In this document: piece after piece, positions 1 to 13,707 of the stretch
Layout: each line of letters starts with the position of its first letter
Numbering within the stretch: position 1 is the stretch's first letter
Assembly: GCF_004010195.1 (NCBI RefSeq)
Contig: NC_057750.1
Location: 19,688,117 to 19,752,116, forward strand
Source of the DNA: Chiloscyllium plagiosum
Taxonomy: Eukaryota
Reading direction: 5' to 3'
DNA length: 64,000 nucleotides
The notes under the pieces: generated by a model
Databases searched by the model: none
Told to the model about the DNA's origin: nothing
Seen by the model: only the letters and a program-made list of their open reading frames with translations
Made by a program: the position numbers and the translations under genes

Positions 1-238
1 TTTTCACCTATCCACTCCACCCTCTCCTCCCTGACCTATCACCTTCATCTCCTCCCCCACTGACCTATTGTACCCTATGCTACTCTCTCCCCACCCCCCC
101 CCTCCTCTAGTTTATCTCTCCATGCTTCAGACTTTCTGCCTTTATTCCTGATGAAGGGCTTTTGCCCGAAACGTTGATTTTGCCAGTCCTCGGATGCTGC
201 CTGAATTGCTGTGCTCTTCCAGCACCACTAATCCAGAT
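1..238 (+). mobile_element. Penelope-like element terminal arm (truncated by window start) with hammerhead core
   Basis: Nearly the same sequence as 5800-6048; ATTC-CTGATGA-AGGGC-TTTT-GCCC-GAAAC-GTT at 144-175. Confidence 0.75.
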
Positions 239-959
239 ACATACAGTTTTATTTGGTTCTCTTTATTTTGCATAATGAACATATGTTCTGTTGTTAAAGA
301 ACATCTATCACTTTACATGAAAATGTTTCAATGACTGACCGCCATGGTGACCTACCACAAAAATTTAACCTATGAACTATCAAGGTGGGGCTCACTCTGG
401 GATCTGATGACTTGTTTTACTATTACATATGTCCATAAAGAAGAGATTTGAATGAAAGAATTTCACCCAAAGCATCACTGTAATATTGATTGAGTGCTGA
501 ACCATATTTCAGACATGAAATGGAAGTTCTATAGTTCTCTCAGAGGATGCAAAGGTGCCATTATCAGTATTTTAAGGAAGAGCAGCGATCCTTTCCCCTC
601 TGTTCTGACCAGTATTTATTCTCCAATTCAGTTCACAGAAGAAAGTGGTCTTTATCCCGTTTCTTTTTGTGGAAGCATTCTTTTTGCAATTTTGCTGCTG
701 CTTTCCAATAATAGAAAGTACTTTAGATTGTCCGGGGTGTGGGGCTGGGGTGAAGGGTGATATTTATTTCTAGTCTTTATTTCATTTCAAAGTACTGGAA
801 AACTCAGTGGGTCTGGCAGCATCAATGGTGAGAGACATTGAATTAACATTTTCAGGATAAAATGAGTTCCAAACAAGAAAGTTTAACAACAGAGTTCCAA
901 ACACAAGTCATCTTAGAATCAAAATATCTGTTTTTCTGTCTCCTGAGCAGGACCAAAAA

Positions 960-1600
960 AGACTTGGGGTATACACACACAAATCTTAGAAGGTTGTGGT
1001 CAAGTTGAAAGCATTCTCAAAAAATTAGACTGATCTTTGAATTTATTAACTGAAAGACTGTGTACAAAAGCAAGGAAAATATGCTAAACCTTTTTAAAAT
1101 GCCATTTGGGCCTTCACAGGGTGAAGTGTATTTAATTTTGGGGTCCAAACTTTAGGAAGGAGTCAAGGCTTTGCAGAGACATTTACCAGAATTGCATCAG
1201 GGATGCAGGGCTTCAGTAATGTGTACAGACTGGTATATCTAGAACTATTCCTTTTGCAGCAGGGAAATAGTACAGACGTCTTCCAAATCATGAAGGGTTT
1301 AAAGAGAGTGTATAAAAGAGAAACTGTATCTTGTGGCTGAAGAGACAGACTAATTGGTAATAGAACAAGGGGTGACATGAGTAACTAATGTTTTTAAACA
1401 GTAAGTGCTTTTCTTTTTGAATTCAAGGTCAACCGTTGGAACAGATATGTTTGCGTATTTCAAATTAACTTGGGCAAATAATTGTATTTAACGTAAGTGC
1501 AAAGCTATGTGAAAAGAGCAGGGAAGTGGAGTTAATTGGACACTTCTATCAAACAGCCAACACATTGCATGATGGACTTAATTGTCTGACTGAATTATAG
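960..1600 (+). mobile_element. Old degenerate CR1-type LINE 3' fragment
   Basis: Resembles CR1 RT C-terminus (gacttggggt..., ttttggggtccaaactttaggaagga, agagacatttaccagaat) seen in younger copies at 14680-15370. Confidence 0.55.
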
Positions 1601-2352
1601 ATTGGTTTATGTAACAGAAGGCAGGCGATTGGTCTATCGAGTCCAATCTGAATCTCTGCGAAAGCAAAGCAGGTAGGTCAACTTACCACATTTTCCTGTG
1701 TAGCCCCAACTTTCTTTTACTCATTATATATTTATCTAATTGTCTTTTAAAGGCCTCAACTGAATCTGTTTTTACCATTCTGTCAGGACGTACTGCCAGA
1801 TCAAACCACCACTGTGTGAATTTTTTTTTATCATGCTGCTGTTATTCTTTTGCCAGTTGCCTTAAAACCAGATTCCTCTATTTCCTGCTCCTTTTACAAC
1901 ACACAACTTCTCCCAATCAACTCTGTCTGGACCTCTCAACATTTTGAACAGCTCAATATAATCTTTTCTTAATCTTCACTCCAAGAACAATTGGACAAAT
2001 ATTTTCTGCTCATCTTGAATACCTTCATGTCCTTCCTAAAGTGTGGTGTCGAGAACTGGTCAAAACACTCAAGTCCAGGTTGAATAATTGATTTATAGAG
2101 GTTTTTTTTCTTCGCTTTGCTGTTTTTCTTACTCAAGACCCCTCTTTATGAATCCCAGGTTTCTGAATACATAATTAAACACTGTCTCAATTTGAGCTGC
2201 CACATTCATTGACTTGAGCACATATACACCAAAATTCCTGTGCTTCTGCCCTCAAGTTTGGACTTGCTGTCCAACTTATGCTGTCCCTCTGTATTTTAAC
2301 TATGAAGTTAAAAATCACACAACACCAGGTTATAGTCCAATAGGTTTAATTG

Positions 2353-2946
2353 TGTGAGAAACAAAAGCTCACTCACTTTAATAATTTCAGTCTGAGACGA
2401 ATATCTGAATAACCACTTCTTGTTTTATTATTTGTACACCTATAGGTGGGTGCCTTGTCTAATCACCCGTTAAGGTAATTACAGAATGCACACTATATCC
2501 AAAAATCTTTCCCAATTTATACTATATTTTGTCCTTACTCCATTGTCTGTTCCCTGCTTCGCTTACGTCACTCATTTCCTTAAGACTTATCCCACAACTT
2601 CTGTTTATCCTATCTTGTTCATGACAAACTCTTATCTCTGACTCTTACCTCTGTGTGTAGGGTGTTTGACGTCAGTCTACTGTAGGTTATTGATTAGGCA
2701 TATCTTTTCTTCTATCAGCATCTATTTCCATCCAGAGGCCACTTTGACCTCTTTGATTAGGGTTAGTTCCTGTGTCTTGAGGAGAGGAAACAGATGCTTC
2801 CCTGTTTGCCCATATATCCACCATTGTTCTGTATCCATGTCTCATGCTAACTTATCATTTATTTTGCTAAATAGGTATTTTCTCATTCCTATTCTATATC
2901 AGAATTTATACTTGCAGAAATAACATTAGTTCATTTATATCCCACA
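2353..2946. mobile_element. Solo LTR (594 bp), Gypsy- or ERV-type
   Basis: Ends TGTGAGA...TCCCACA, 4-bp TSD ATTG (2349-2352, 2947-2950); removing it restores the host Penelope end ggtttaattggaagcac (compare 13571-13587). Confidence 0.85.
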
Positions 2947-3404
2947 ATTGGAAGCACAGTAGCTTTTGGAGCGACGCTCCTTCATCAGGTGATAGTGGAG
3001 GGCTCGATCATAACTCAGAATTTATAGCAAAAAATTTGCAGTGTGATGTAACTAAAATTATACATTGAAAAATTGATTGTCTGTTAAGCTTTTCATCTGT
3101 TAGAATACAGTGATAGTTTCACTTCTTTCATGTGTAAATCACAAAACCTTTTTTTTTAAAAGTTGCATTCTCGGGTTAGCTGTTAACAATGGTGATAGCT
3201 AGACAATATGTTGAAGGTGTTTAGCCCCCTGTGTTCTCTGTCTATGACCTGATGTTTAGATTGATTCCAATCTAAAAAGTGAGATAACAGAGTTTTACAG
3301 AAATTCATGCAGTTTTTGAGCTCAGAGTTCTAAATGAATGTATGCAATTTTTGAGCAAAGTGCACTGTAACTCTGCAAGTACAAATTCACCCTACAAAAT
3401 ATAT

Positions 3405-3616
3405 CTGTCTGTGTGTGTGTCTGTCTGTCTGGGGTGGGGGTTGTGAGTGTGAGAAAGTGTGTGTGTGTGTGTGTATGTGTGTAGTGAGTGCAGAGTGTCT
3501 TAAGTCTGTGAGGGGGTGCATGTGTGAGTGTGGGAGTCTATAAGGGTGTGTGTGGGTGTCTGTGTGCACGTCTGTGTGTACCTGTGTCCGTGTGTATGTG
3601 AGAGTGTGTGTGTGTA
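3405..3616. repeat. Imperfect (TG)n microsatellite in Penelope 3' UTR
   Basis: Direct inspection. Confidence 0.85.
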
Positions 3617-4354
3617 GTGCAACGGTGATCTCCTGTAATGTGAACCCAAGGTCCCAGTTGAGGCCCTCCCTATGGGTACCGAACTTAGCTATCAGCCTCT
3701 GCTCAGCCACTTTCCTCTGCTGCCTGTCTCAAAGTCCACCTTGGAGGATGGTCACCTGAAGGTCCAAGGCTGAATGTCTTGGACCACTGAAGAGTTCCCC
3801 AACTGGCAGGGAACCCTCCTGTCTTTTGATTGTTTTGCGGTGCTCATTCATCCGTTGTCATAGCCTTTGCTTGGTTTCCCCAATGTACCATGCCTCTGGG
3901 CATCCTTGCCTGCAACGTATAAGATAGACAATGTTGGCTGAGTCACATGAGTACCTGCCATGTACAAGGTGGGAGGTGTTTCCACACGTAATAGTGGTAT
4001 CTATGTCCACTATCTGACACTTTTAACTACAAAACACTAGTCCGCTTTAAATCATTTCACAATTCTCTGCACTAAGTTTCGGCAGCCACATGTCCCCCAT
4101 TCCATAAACCTCTTGATGCTTGTGATATCCTCTTTCCATTTCACAATATTTCAAAGTTTTCTGCCATTCCCTGCAGTATTGATCCCATGATTCCATACAA
4201 ATTATTACGGCTTGTCTGTCTCTGTCACACGTTTAGTCACCCTTCTCTCTAACTCCCTCTAGTGGAGCCACAGCTGATGACTGACTCCTGAGAACTTGCG
4301 AAACAATTCCTTGGTACTGCTTTAATACAATTCCATTAACTGTGCTCCCTGTAG

Positions 4355-4442
4355 GATTCAAAGCGAGAAGTGCGCATCAATTCCACCATGCTGCATTGCC
4401 AGAATAATGGGACATGGAACAGTGACTCATACTCCTGCAGAC
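4355..4442 (+). CDS. C1S: C1s-like gene, internal exon encoding second half of CCP1 (DSKREVRINSTMLHCQNNGTWNSDSYSCR)
   Basis: Acceptor ctccctgtAG, donor GTAAGT, C-x4-TW-x6-C sushi motif; phase 1 end joins next exon in frame. Confidence 0.85.
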
Positions 4443-4489
4443 GTAAGTGAAGTTATGTAATGTATTCTAATAGGCTGTGGAATCTCTCT

Positions 4490-6048
4490 AGGTAAAAACA
4501 ATGACTGCAAATGCTGGAAACCAGATTCTGGATCAGTGGTGCTGGAAGAGCACAGGAGTTCAGGCAGCATCCGAGGAGCAGTAAAAATCAATGTTTCAGG
4601 CAATAGCCCTACTTCAGGAATACAGACAGAGAGCCTGAAGAGTGGAGAGATAAGTCAGAGGAAGGTGGGGGGTGGGGAGAAAGTAGCATGGAGTACAATA
4701 GGTGAGTGGGGGAGGGGATGAAGGTGATAGGTCAGGTGGGGGGGAGGACTGGATAGCTGGAAAAGAAGATAGGCAGGTAGGACAAGTCATGGGGACAGTG
4801 CTGAGCTGGAAGTTTGGAACTGGGGTGAGGTGGGGGAAGGGGAAATGAGGAAACTGTTGAAGTCCACATTGATGCCCTGGGGTTGAAGTGTTCCGAGGCA
4901 GAAGATGAGGTGTTCTTCCTCCAGGCATCGGGTGATGAGTGAGTGGCGGTGAAGGAGGCCCAGGACATCCATGTCCTCGACAGAGTGGGAGGGGGAGTTG
5001 AAATCTTGGGCCTCAGGGAGGTGTGGTTGATTGATGCGGGTGTCCCGGAGATGTTCCCTAAAGCACTCTACTAGGAAGCGTCCAGTCTCCCCAATGTAGA
5101 GGAGACCGCATCGGGAGCAACGGATACAATAAATGATATTGGTGGATGTGCAGGTAAAACTTTGATTAATGTGGAAGGCTCCTTTAGGGCCTTGGATGGA
5201 GGTGAGGGAGGAGGTGTAAGCGCAGGTTTTGCAATTCCTGCAGTGGCAGGGGAAGTTGCCAGGATGGGAGGGCGGGTTGTAGGGGGGGCGTGGACCTGAC
5301 CAGGTAGTCATGGAGGGAACAGTCTTTGTGGAAGACAGAAAGGGGTGGGGAGGGAAATATATCCCTGCTGGTGGGGTCTATTTGTGAATGATTTGGTTTA
5401 TGTGGAGGTTGGTAGGGTGGAAGATGAGCACCAGGGACGTTCTATCCTTGTTACGGTTGGAGGGGTGGAGTCTGAGGATGGAGGTGCGAGATATGAACAA
5501 GATGCGATGGAGGGCATCTTCTACCAAGTAGGAAGGGAAATTGTGGTCTCTAAAGAAGGAGGCCATCTGGTGTGTTCTCTGGTGGAACTGGTCCTCCTGG
5601 GAGCAGATACGGCAGAGGCGGAGGAATTGGGAATACGGGATGGCATTTTTGCAGGAGGTAGGGTGGGAAGAGGTCTAATCCACCCTCCCCTTCCTGGACA
5701 TCTCCATCTCCATTAATGACGACTGACTTGACACCAACAGTTTTTTACAAACCCACCGACTCTCACAGCTACCTGGATTGCACCTCTCCCTTGTCCTACC
5801 TGCCTATCTTCTTTTCCACCTATTCACTCTACCCTCTCCCCCGACCTATCACCTTCATCCCCTCCCCCACTCACCCATTCTACTCTATGCTACTTTCTGC
5901 CCACCTCCACCTTCCTCTCACTTATCTCTCCACCCTTCAGGCTCTCTGCCTATATTCCCGATGAAGGGCTTTTGCCCGAAACGTTGATTTTACTGCTCTT
6001 CGGATGCTGCCTGAACTGCTGTGCTCTTCCAGCACCACTAATCCAGAA
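4490..6048 (-). mobile_element. Penelope-like element: GIY-YIG-containing minus arm plus inverted plus-strand arm
   Basis: ORF 4787-5311 has NIIYCIRCSRCGLLYIGETGR; inverted terminal arm ~5675-6048; 14-bp TSD TGTGGA(A/G)TCTCTCT at 4476-4489 and 6049-6062. Confidence 0.9.
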
Positions 6049-7383
6049 TGTGGAGTCTCTCTGTCCATCATTCTTCCAGTAATTACTTCCTTCAATCTTA
6101 GCTTATTGACCAAGTGGATATCTTCTGGTGCATTGCCATATCCCTACCTCAGGACTAGGAGGCACAGGTTCAAGGCCTAGTTTGTTCAGAGCTGTGTAAT
6201 AACATCACTGAACAAGTTGATTCGAAAATATCTACCTTTTTGATCAAATAATTGTTCAGGAAGAGACAACAACAGGAGTCAGTCATTCTGCATTTCAAAC
6301 ATATTCCCATGTTCAATGATGTTATGGCCTGCCTGTCATAGTATCTCCTTATGTGGCAGGCTGTTCTGATTTACGCACTAATGAAGTATCTTGAGGCCAA
6401 GGGCACTTGATGTTTTGTCAGAACAGAACAGGAGGTGGACTATTTTTTTGTTTGAGAATGGCAGAATGCGGACCGTGGTTCCAAAGATCAAAGCGGAGAA
6501 TCAGTTTGCTTAGAGACAAGAGAAAGAAAAGGTGAGGTTGGATGCAAATGTTGCTGAAAAAGCCAGCATCTGTTGCCTATTCATGAACTGAGGAGCTTCT
6601 CAGCTAGTTCGGAAGACAGTTAAGAGTCAACTACATTGCTGTGGGTCTGGAGTGACGTGCAGGCCAGACCAGGTATGTAGAGAGATTTCCTTCCCTCAAG
6701 ACCATGAGTGAACTAGAGAAGTTTTAATCATAATTGACTATAATTTAATTGTTATTATTATTATCAATGTTGGGACTAGCTTTCAATTCAAAATTCATTT
6801 ACTGAGTTTTATTTCCATGAGCTGCCATGTTGCTATTTAAATTCACATCCCGAGAGCCTGGTCTCCAGAATACTATATGATGGCATTACCATGATGCCTC
6901 CGTTTTCACATATAAATGCCTCATCTGTAGCTACATTGTTGGACTTGTATACAACAAGAAATAGTGACAGCTTTTAAGGAAAATACCATCAGCGTAGGTT
7001 AACCTTCATACTGCTTGGCATGAACAAACTGACAAAGGTAGATTTGATGATGTGGAACAATCCAGCAAACAGGTTATTAGTAATAATGAGTTAGCAGCAT
7101 TAATTCATGATCCTCCAATCAAGGATCTTCTGGAAAAGAGTGATCACGATGAGTTAGAATTTCATGTTACATTTGAGGTTGAGAAACCTGATGTCTAAAA
7201 CAAGTCTCTTAAATAAAGACAGTTATAAAGGTATAAACACAGAGTTAGTAAAAACAGACTGGAAAATTGTGAAATGTAAATTAAAGAAACAAAAAATTAT
7301 AAATATTACTATTGAAGTTATGAACCTTGAAAGATATCTCATGATTGATTGTAGCTTATTGCTCGACTGTTTCCCATTCACAG

Positions 7384-7503
7384 CCGTGAACTGCGGACCT
7401 CCCAGTAAACTGACAAATGGACGTGAAAACTTCACATCCACAGTTTACAGACACTGGAATACGTACAGCTGTGAAGAACCATACTATGAACTTGAAGGAA
7501 ACG
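7384..7503 (+). CDS. C1S: C1s-like gene, exon encoding first half of CCP2 (PVNCGPPSKLTNGRENFTSTVYRHWNTYSCEEPYYELEGN)
   Basis: ttcccattcacAG acceptor, GTGAGA donor, phase 1-1; VNCGxP...NG...YSCEEPYY matches C1s/C1r/MASP CCP2. Confidence 0.9.
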
Positions 7504-7599
7504 GTGAGACCCATTGTGTTCATGGCAGCCAACAAGCATCCACGCAGTCTAAATCATATTTTCAGACTTGGAACTTACTCCATTCCTTGTAGTTTATGA

Positions 7600-8300
7600 A
7601 ACATCAATGCTTGTGCACAAACCACAGAAAGCTAGCATACAGGTGCAGCAGGTAATCAGGAAGGTTCATGAATGTTGGTCCTTATTTCACAGGGTTGAGA
7701 GTTTAAGAGTAGGGATGTCTCACTCCAAGGTGTACAAGGCATTTGTGAAATCACAGCTGGAGTACACAGAGCAGTTTTGGTTCCTTTGGGAACTTCATCG
7801 GAGGCAGTTCAGAGAAGTTTCAGTAAGATGATCCCTGGTGTGCAGGGATTGTCTTATGAGCAAAGGTTAAACAAGTTGGGACTCTGCTCATTGGAATTTA
7901 GAAGGAGGAGAGATGATATCATTAAAACATGCTTGATTCTTAAGGAGTTTGACAGAGTAAATGTTGAGAGGATGAGAAGACTCACAGGAGAGTCTAGGAC
8001 CAGAGGGCATGTTCTCAGATTTAAGGAGTATCAATTTAAGGTTGAGATGAGGAGGAATTTTTTCTCTCAGAGAGTTGAGTCTTTGGAACTCCTTGCCACA
8101 GAGCAGTGGTGAAGAGTATCCTTGTGTATATTTAAGGCTGTGAAAAATAGATTGTTGATCAGCAGGTGAGTCAAAGGTTATAGGGAATGAGCAGGAAAGT
8201 GGATGTGAGGAGTGTCTGATCAGTAAAGGTCTCATTGAATGGATAAGCAGGCTCTCGGGGCTGCATGGCCTACTCCTGTTCCTATTTCTCATGGTCTTAT
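7600..8300 (+). mobile_element. CR1-type LINE 3' end
   Basis: Frames give LEYTEQFW, GLSYEQRL, LEFRRRRDD, RTRGH, RNFFSQRV. Confidence 0.8.
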
Positions 8301-9639
8301 GTATAACAGTTAATATCGATGTCAGGATTTCTGGAACGACTGCTTTTAGAAGCAACAATAAACTTTAAGTAAGAGGGCCCATTTAAGACCGAGATGAGGA
8401 GGAATTTTTCCTCTCCAAGGGTAGTGAATTAACAAAACTCTTTAATGCAGAGGGCTGTCCATGTTGAGTCATTAAGGTACATTCAAATCGAAGACAGAAT
8501 AAAATGCATTTCGCAACTCAGAACTGAGCATTTCTTATGGGTATTGGGCCATCGGTAGCAGTAGAATTGCATTCAACTACAATTTGTAATTTCACGGCAA
8601 AGCATATTTCCTTCTCTACCATTACTGTAGGGTCAGGCGAATGACCCAGCTGCAATGAAGAATGCAAGAGGGCAGGCCAGGAGCAGCATCGGGCAGACCT
8701 GAAAGTGAAATGAACTGAAGTGAAGCTACAGCACAGAACCATTTTCATGCCATACAGTGGTAGCCAGGGTTAAGCAATCCCTCATTCAATAGACCGGATC
8801 AAAGCTCTGCAGTCCTTCTGCTTTCAATCGTGCATGTTGGTGGGCAATTAATAACTCACTGGAAGGGAAATAGGTTCCTTCAATATCGTCAAATTCAATA
8901 GTGGGGGAGCCCAGCACCTTAGAGCAAAAGGCAAGACTGAAGCACTTAAGCAACCTTTAGCCTGAAGTGCCAAATAGATGACCCATATTGACTCCCTTCT
9001 GAGGTGCCTGCCATCACAGGCAAATTGCTTCATTTCACGTGATATCAACAAATGGCTGAAGGCACTGGATTCTGCAAAGGTTATGAGCATTGACAAGATT
9101 CCCCAAATAATACTGAATATTTATGCTCCAGATCTAGCCACACCCCAAGATGTGCTGTGCTAGTAGAACTACAACATTGGAACCTACCAAATAATGTGGA
9201 AAGTTGCTTCTGTCTGTCCTGCCCACAAAGTGAGAACAAGTTGAATCCATTATCTAAATGTACAAGTCAAAGTGTGTTACAATACACTCCACTTGTCTAG
9301 ATGAGTGCAGGTCTGGAAACTTGACATCATCCCAGAAAAAAAATATGCATCCTATCCATCAATTTAATCATCCACTTCCTCCACATAGTAGCAGTGTGTA
9401 CAATTTACAAGATTAAGCAAAACAGCTCATAAGAATCCTTCAACAGCACTTTCCAAAACCATAACTATCTGGATGGAGAAGGACAGCAACTGCATGAAAA
9501 CATCACCACCTGCTCATTCCCCTCCAGGACACGCATCATCCTGACTTGGAAATCCATCATCTGTCCTTCACTGTCATTGGGTCCAAATCCTGGAACTCCC
9601 TCACTAAAAGCCCGATGTCAGTCAGCAACAGTCACAGAG

Positions 9640-11385
9640 TCAGCATTGCTGTGAAGTGGATTGTGAAGAGGATGGAAACATGGGACTAGGACATCATAAC
9701 TATTACAGAAACATGACTGAGGGAGGAAAAGGACCAGAAGCTCAAAGTTCAGGGGTATAGATGGTATAGGAAGAATAGCAGGTGAGGCAACAGAGGAGGG
9801 GAGTTGCATTTTTGATTAAGGAAAATGTCTCGGCAGTATTTAGAGATGATATTCCTGGAGGGCCTTCCAGTGAAGAAACACAGGGGGAGCTGAAAAAAAA
9901 AAGAGTGTGATCACTTTGCTGGGATTGTACTATAGGGTTCCCAATAGTTAGCAAGAAATTGAGGGTCAATTTTGTAGGGAGATCACAGATAGCTGTAAGA
10001 ATAATAGAGTTGTAAGACCTGTGGGCTCACCCATCTCTGGACTCATAGCAGAAGCAATGATGTAAAGATTGGAACAAACAGCCCTACCACAAATCCAACC
10101 CAAACTCTGGATCAGGTATGTAGATGACACATTTGTCATCATTAAGAGAACAGCAATCAAGAACACACACCAGATTGTGGACACCATAGTCACAGGGATC
10201 AGATTTACGAGAGAGGAGGAAACCAACAATAAACTCCCATAACTGGGTATGATGGTCCAAAGAACTGGGTATGATGCACCACAAAAAAGTGTGTAGGAAA
10301 GCTGCACACACCGACCAGGTGCTGAACTACAACAGCAACTAGCCAAACACACACAAGAGAAGCTGCATTAGCATCCTGTTCAAATGGGTGGCAACACACT
10401 GCAGCACTCCTGACCTACAAAGGGAAGATGAAGAACTTTTCTATGGATTATTTGCCAAGAATGGATCTCCCCATAAGTTCATCTGCAGATGCCTTACAAA
10501 CAACGTGACAAGGACATACCATGACCTAACTCACTAGTCATGCTACCTTACATAAAAGACATGTCAGAACTGACAGCCAGACTTCTCCGAACATCAGATT
10601 CATGACAGCCCATAAACTGACAGCCCACGTTCAGACAATAACTCACCAGGACTAAGGACCCTCTGCCCACCATGTGCAAGACAAATGTGATTTACAAGAT
10701 TTAATACAAAGTCCACGCAAAACACTATATAGGACAAACAGGCAGACAACTAACCATCCGCATCCACAAACACCAACTAGCCACTAAACGCCACGATTAG
10801 CTGTCCCTAATAGCCACACCCACAGATGACAGGGACCACAAATTCGACTGGAACAACACAATGATCACATGACAAGCTAAACGTAGGAGCCTGAGAATTT
10901 CTAGAAATATGACACTCAGCCACGGAATCCGTCAACAAGCACATTGACCTGGACTCAATATACCGGCCACTACAATGAACAACTGGAACCGGCAACCGGA
11001 AGCAGCAGGAACAAAACCAAATAAATTCCAGAAGATGCAGTACAGCAGCACTTCTCAGGAGGCTCCAAAGCACTGAAGATGTCACCTAGACAGGGGACAA
11101 AACATCTGTAAATCAACTTCCCAGCTTGACAAACATACCCATAACCATGACAACCAGCATTCGAGCTACAAGTCTTTACCTTAACCTTGAAGAGTTGTAC
11201 TAATAGAGGATTCAAATTTTCTAAACATAAACTGAGACTGCTATAGTGTTGAGGGCTTGAGTGTGTTGAAATTTGTTAAGTGTGTTCAAGAAACCCTTCT
11301 CAACCAATACGTAAATGGACCTACTAGAAAAGGACCAAAACTTGACTGTTTTGGGAAATAAAGCAGGGCAAGTGACTGAGGTGTG
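9640..11385 (+). mobile_element. CR1 endonuclease-region fragment split by a Penelope insertion
   Basis: ITET.L, GGGVA.LIK, LGLYYR motifs at 9700-9940 continuing after 11200. Confidence 0.6.
10015..11190 (+). mobile_element. 5'-truncated Penelope-like element (RT C-terminus, GIY-YIG, degenerate HHR)
   Basis: GSPISGLIAE, WIRYVDDTF, YIGQTGR motifs; CTGAAGA...GGAC at ~11073-11100; 9-bp TSD AGAGTTGTA at 10006-10014 and 11191-11199. Confidence 0.85.
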
Positions 11386-12942
11386 AGGATCTTTTTGAAG
11401 CTGCTGGTTACCACCGTTTCAGAAATGGAGCTGTGGGTGGGCTCACTTTGGGGCTTTCGCAATGCTGAGATTATCTTTACAGCACGCTCAGTGAGGTACT
11501 CAAATCACACCAGGGGAAGACTGCAGAAGGGGGTAAGTTACAGCCAGGAAAAGTAAAAGAAGGCAGGTAGAGCAGGATACACTGTGGCCAACCCCTCCCT
11601 AAGATTTATACCTTTTTGAATACTGTTGGTGGTGGAAGCACAGTCATCTCTGGGGATACCAGTGAAAATCAGTTCCATAGAACCATATGTAGCATTGCTG
11701 TGTAAGACAGGAGGAAGAAGAGTAGCAAGGTTGTATTGATAGGTATTTTGAGATAGTGATAGATTATTAATAAGGGGAAAAACAGTCATTTCTGAGGCAG
11801 TTAAAGAGATTCCAGGCTGGTATATGACCTCCCTGGTGCCAAGATCGAAGATGTCACGGAGATGCTACAGGGCACCCTGAAGGGGGAGGGCGAACAACCA
11901 GTGGTCATCATATATATTGGTACCAATGAAATTAGTGAGAAAAAGGGCTGATGTCTTATAAGGTGACTATAGAAAATTCATTGATCAGATGAATACGTGG
12001 TTGAATAAATGTTGTAGTGAGGAAGGATAAAGATTTATTGACATTGAGACAGGTTGTCTGAAAGGTGGAACCAATACAAACGGGACCAAAGTGTTTGAAG
12101 GGTTGTTAGAGTTTAGAGTGGAAGGAGTGGAAACCTGGACAGATAGACAGAGGAGGAGCAAAAGATGGGGGATAGTATTAGATCCAAAGATGGGGCATGT
12201 AAAATTGTCAGAAAAGCATCAATTGTCAGAAAAAGCTAGCAAGAATCAGTTTAAAGTAAGCATTACAGTGGACCACAGTATCACAGGATCACAGTGCCAA
12301 AACAATCTGCAGCATGGAAAATGGCCCTTCAGCCCACAGTGTCCACACCAGTCAAAAACAACACCAAACTATTTGGTGGATTGGTCATGCTAAATTGTCC
12401 ATTGTGACCAGGGATGCACAGGCGAGATGGATTAGCCATGGGAAATGCAGGGTTATAGAGATAGTGTGGGAATGTGGGTCTTGATGGGATGCTCTTTGGA
12501 TAGTCAGTATGGACTCAACGGGCTAAATGGTCAGCTTCCACACTGCAGGGATTCTATGACTCTATTCTAATCTCATTTTCCAGCAATTGGCCCAGAGCTT
12601 TGTTGAGTATGCAAATGTACATCTAAATGTTCTTATGAAAGTTTCTGCCTCTGCCACCCTTAAAGGCAGTGACTGCTCATGAGGCCAATTTAAGAAAATT
12701 CAAGAGTCCCCAAAAACTACATGAACAGAACTCACAGTCAAAACTACAGCACTGCCTCCTGAGCAACTTGCTATAAGTAGAAGATAGTTATAGATTATGA
12801 ATGATGTGCGTTAAAAATCATGATCATCCATATTGGACCAGGGGCAATGATCCCATGAGCCCATTTGGGAAAAAGGATGTAATTTTATGCAACCTTCTCT
12901 CTAATAGATAGCTCTTTCCCTTGACCTTTTTCTCTCCACCAG

Positions 12943-13020
12943 CTGTCTTTGAATGCTCGGCTGATGCTGAATGGGTGGACGTTACGAGTGGCCAACCGAC
13001 CATGCCCAAGTGTAAACCAG
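12943..13020 (+). CDS. C1S: C1s-like gene, exon encoding second half of CCP2 (AVFECSADAEWVDVTSGQPTMPKCKP)
   Basis: Long polypyrimidine tract + ccAG, donor AG/GTAAAT, phase 1-1, C-x5-W...PKC motif. Confidence 0.9.
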
Positions 13021-13185
13021 GTAAATATTTAACAAAATACATGAAGAGAAAAACAACATGAAATCATTAAGTAATACCACCAACAAGGAATCCACTCACC
13101 TGTCTTGCCTCTATTGCTTTGTATGTAGACATTTTTAATTAAAAATACTCCTCACTGCCGTTTCCCCATTGCCTAAAAATGTACA

Positions 13186-13482
13186 TTAGATTACTTACAG
13201 TGTGGAAACAGGCCCTTCGGCCCAACAAGTCCACACCAACCCGCCGAAGCGCAACTCACCCATTCCCCTACATTTACCCCTTTACCTAACACTACGGGCA
13301 ATTTAGCATGGCCAATTCACCTGACCTGCACATCCTTGGACTTTGGGAGGAAACCGGAGCACCCGGAGGAAACCCATGCAGACTCGGGGAGAACGTGCAA
13401 ACTCCACACAGTCAGTCGCCTGAGTCGGGAAATGAACCCGGGTCTCTGGCACTGTGAGGCAGCAGTACTAACCACTGTGCCA
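13186..13482 (-). mobile_element. tRNA-derived SINE (HE1-like shark SINE)
   Basis: Minus strand begins ggcacagtggttagtactgctgcctcacag with B-box-like GGTTC; same family at 35721, 48165, 52454. Confidence 0.8.
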
Positions 13483-13534
13483 TCTCCTCCTCAGAATTTT
13501 ATAATCTGCTTCCATTGACTGTTAATGATCTTAC

Positions 13535-13707
13535 TTAAAAATCACACAACACCAGGTCTATAGTCCAACAGGTTTATTTGGAAGCACGAGTTTTCAGAGC
13601 AGCACTCTGAAAGCTAGTGCTTCCAAATAAATCTGTTGGACTATAACTTGGTCTTATGTGATTTTTAACTTGGGAAACCCCAGTCCAACACCGGCATGTC
13701 CAAATCA
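13535..13707. mobile_element. Miniature fold-back Penelope derivative
   Basis: 13535-13668 is a near-perfect hairpin followed by a ~38-nt tail; TSD TAATGATCTTA at 13523-13533 and 13709-13719; arm matches element end at 2305-2350. Confidence 0.85.

Larger units (their letters stand above)
2303..4020 (-). mobile_element. Penelope-like element 3' portion (GIY-YIG end), interrupted by a solo LTR
   Basis: Minus strand reads YIGETKQRL...AEQRLIAKFGTHREGLN; degenerate HHR (CTGATGAAGGAGC...GCTCC) at ~2960-2990; TSD TTTTAACTA at 2294-2302 and 4021-4029. Confidence 0.75.

Noticed and set aside
7164-7592. 142-aa ORF as independent gene
   Set aside because: Only 7384-7503 is exon; remainder is intron and repeat read-through.
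12335-12360. CACAGTG followed by TCAAAAACA resembling an RSS
   Set aside because: Spacer is 10 nt, lies in a repeat tail, no V/D/J coding flank.
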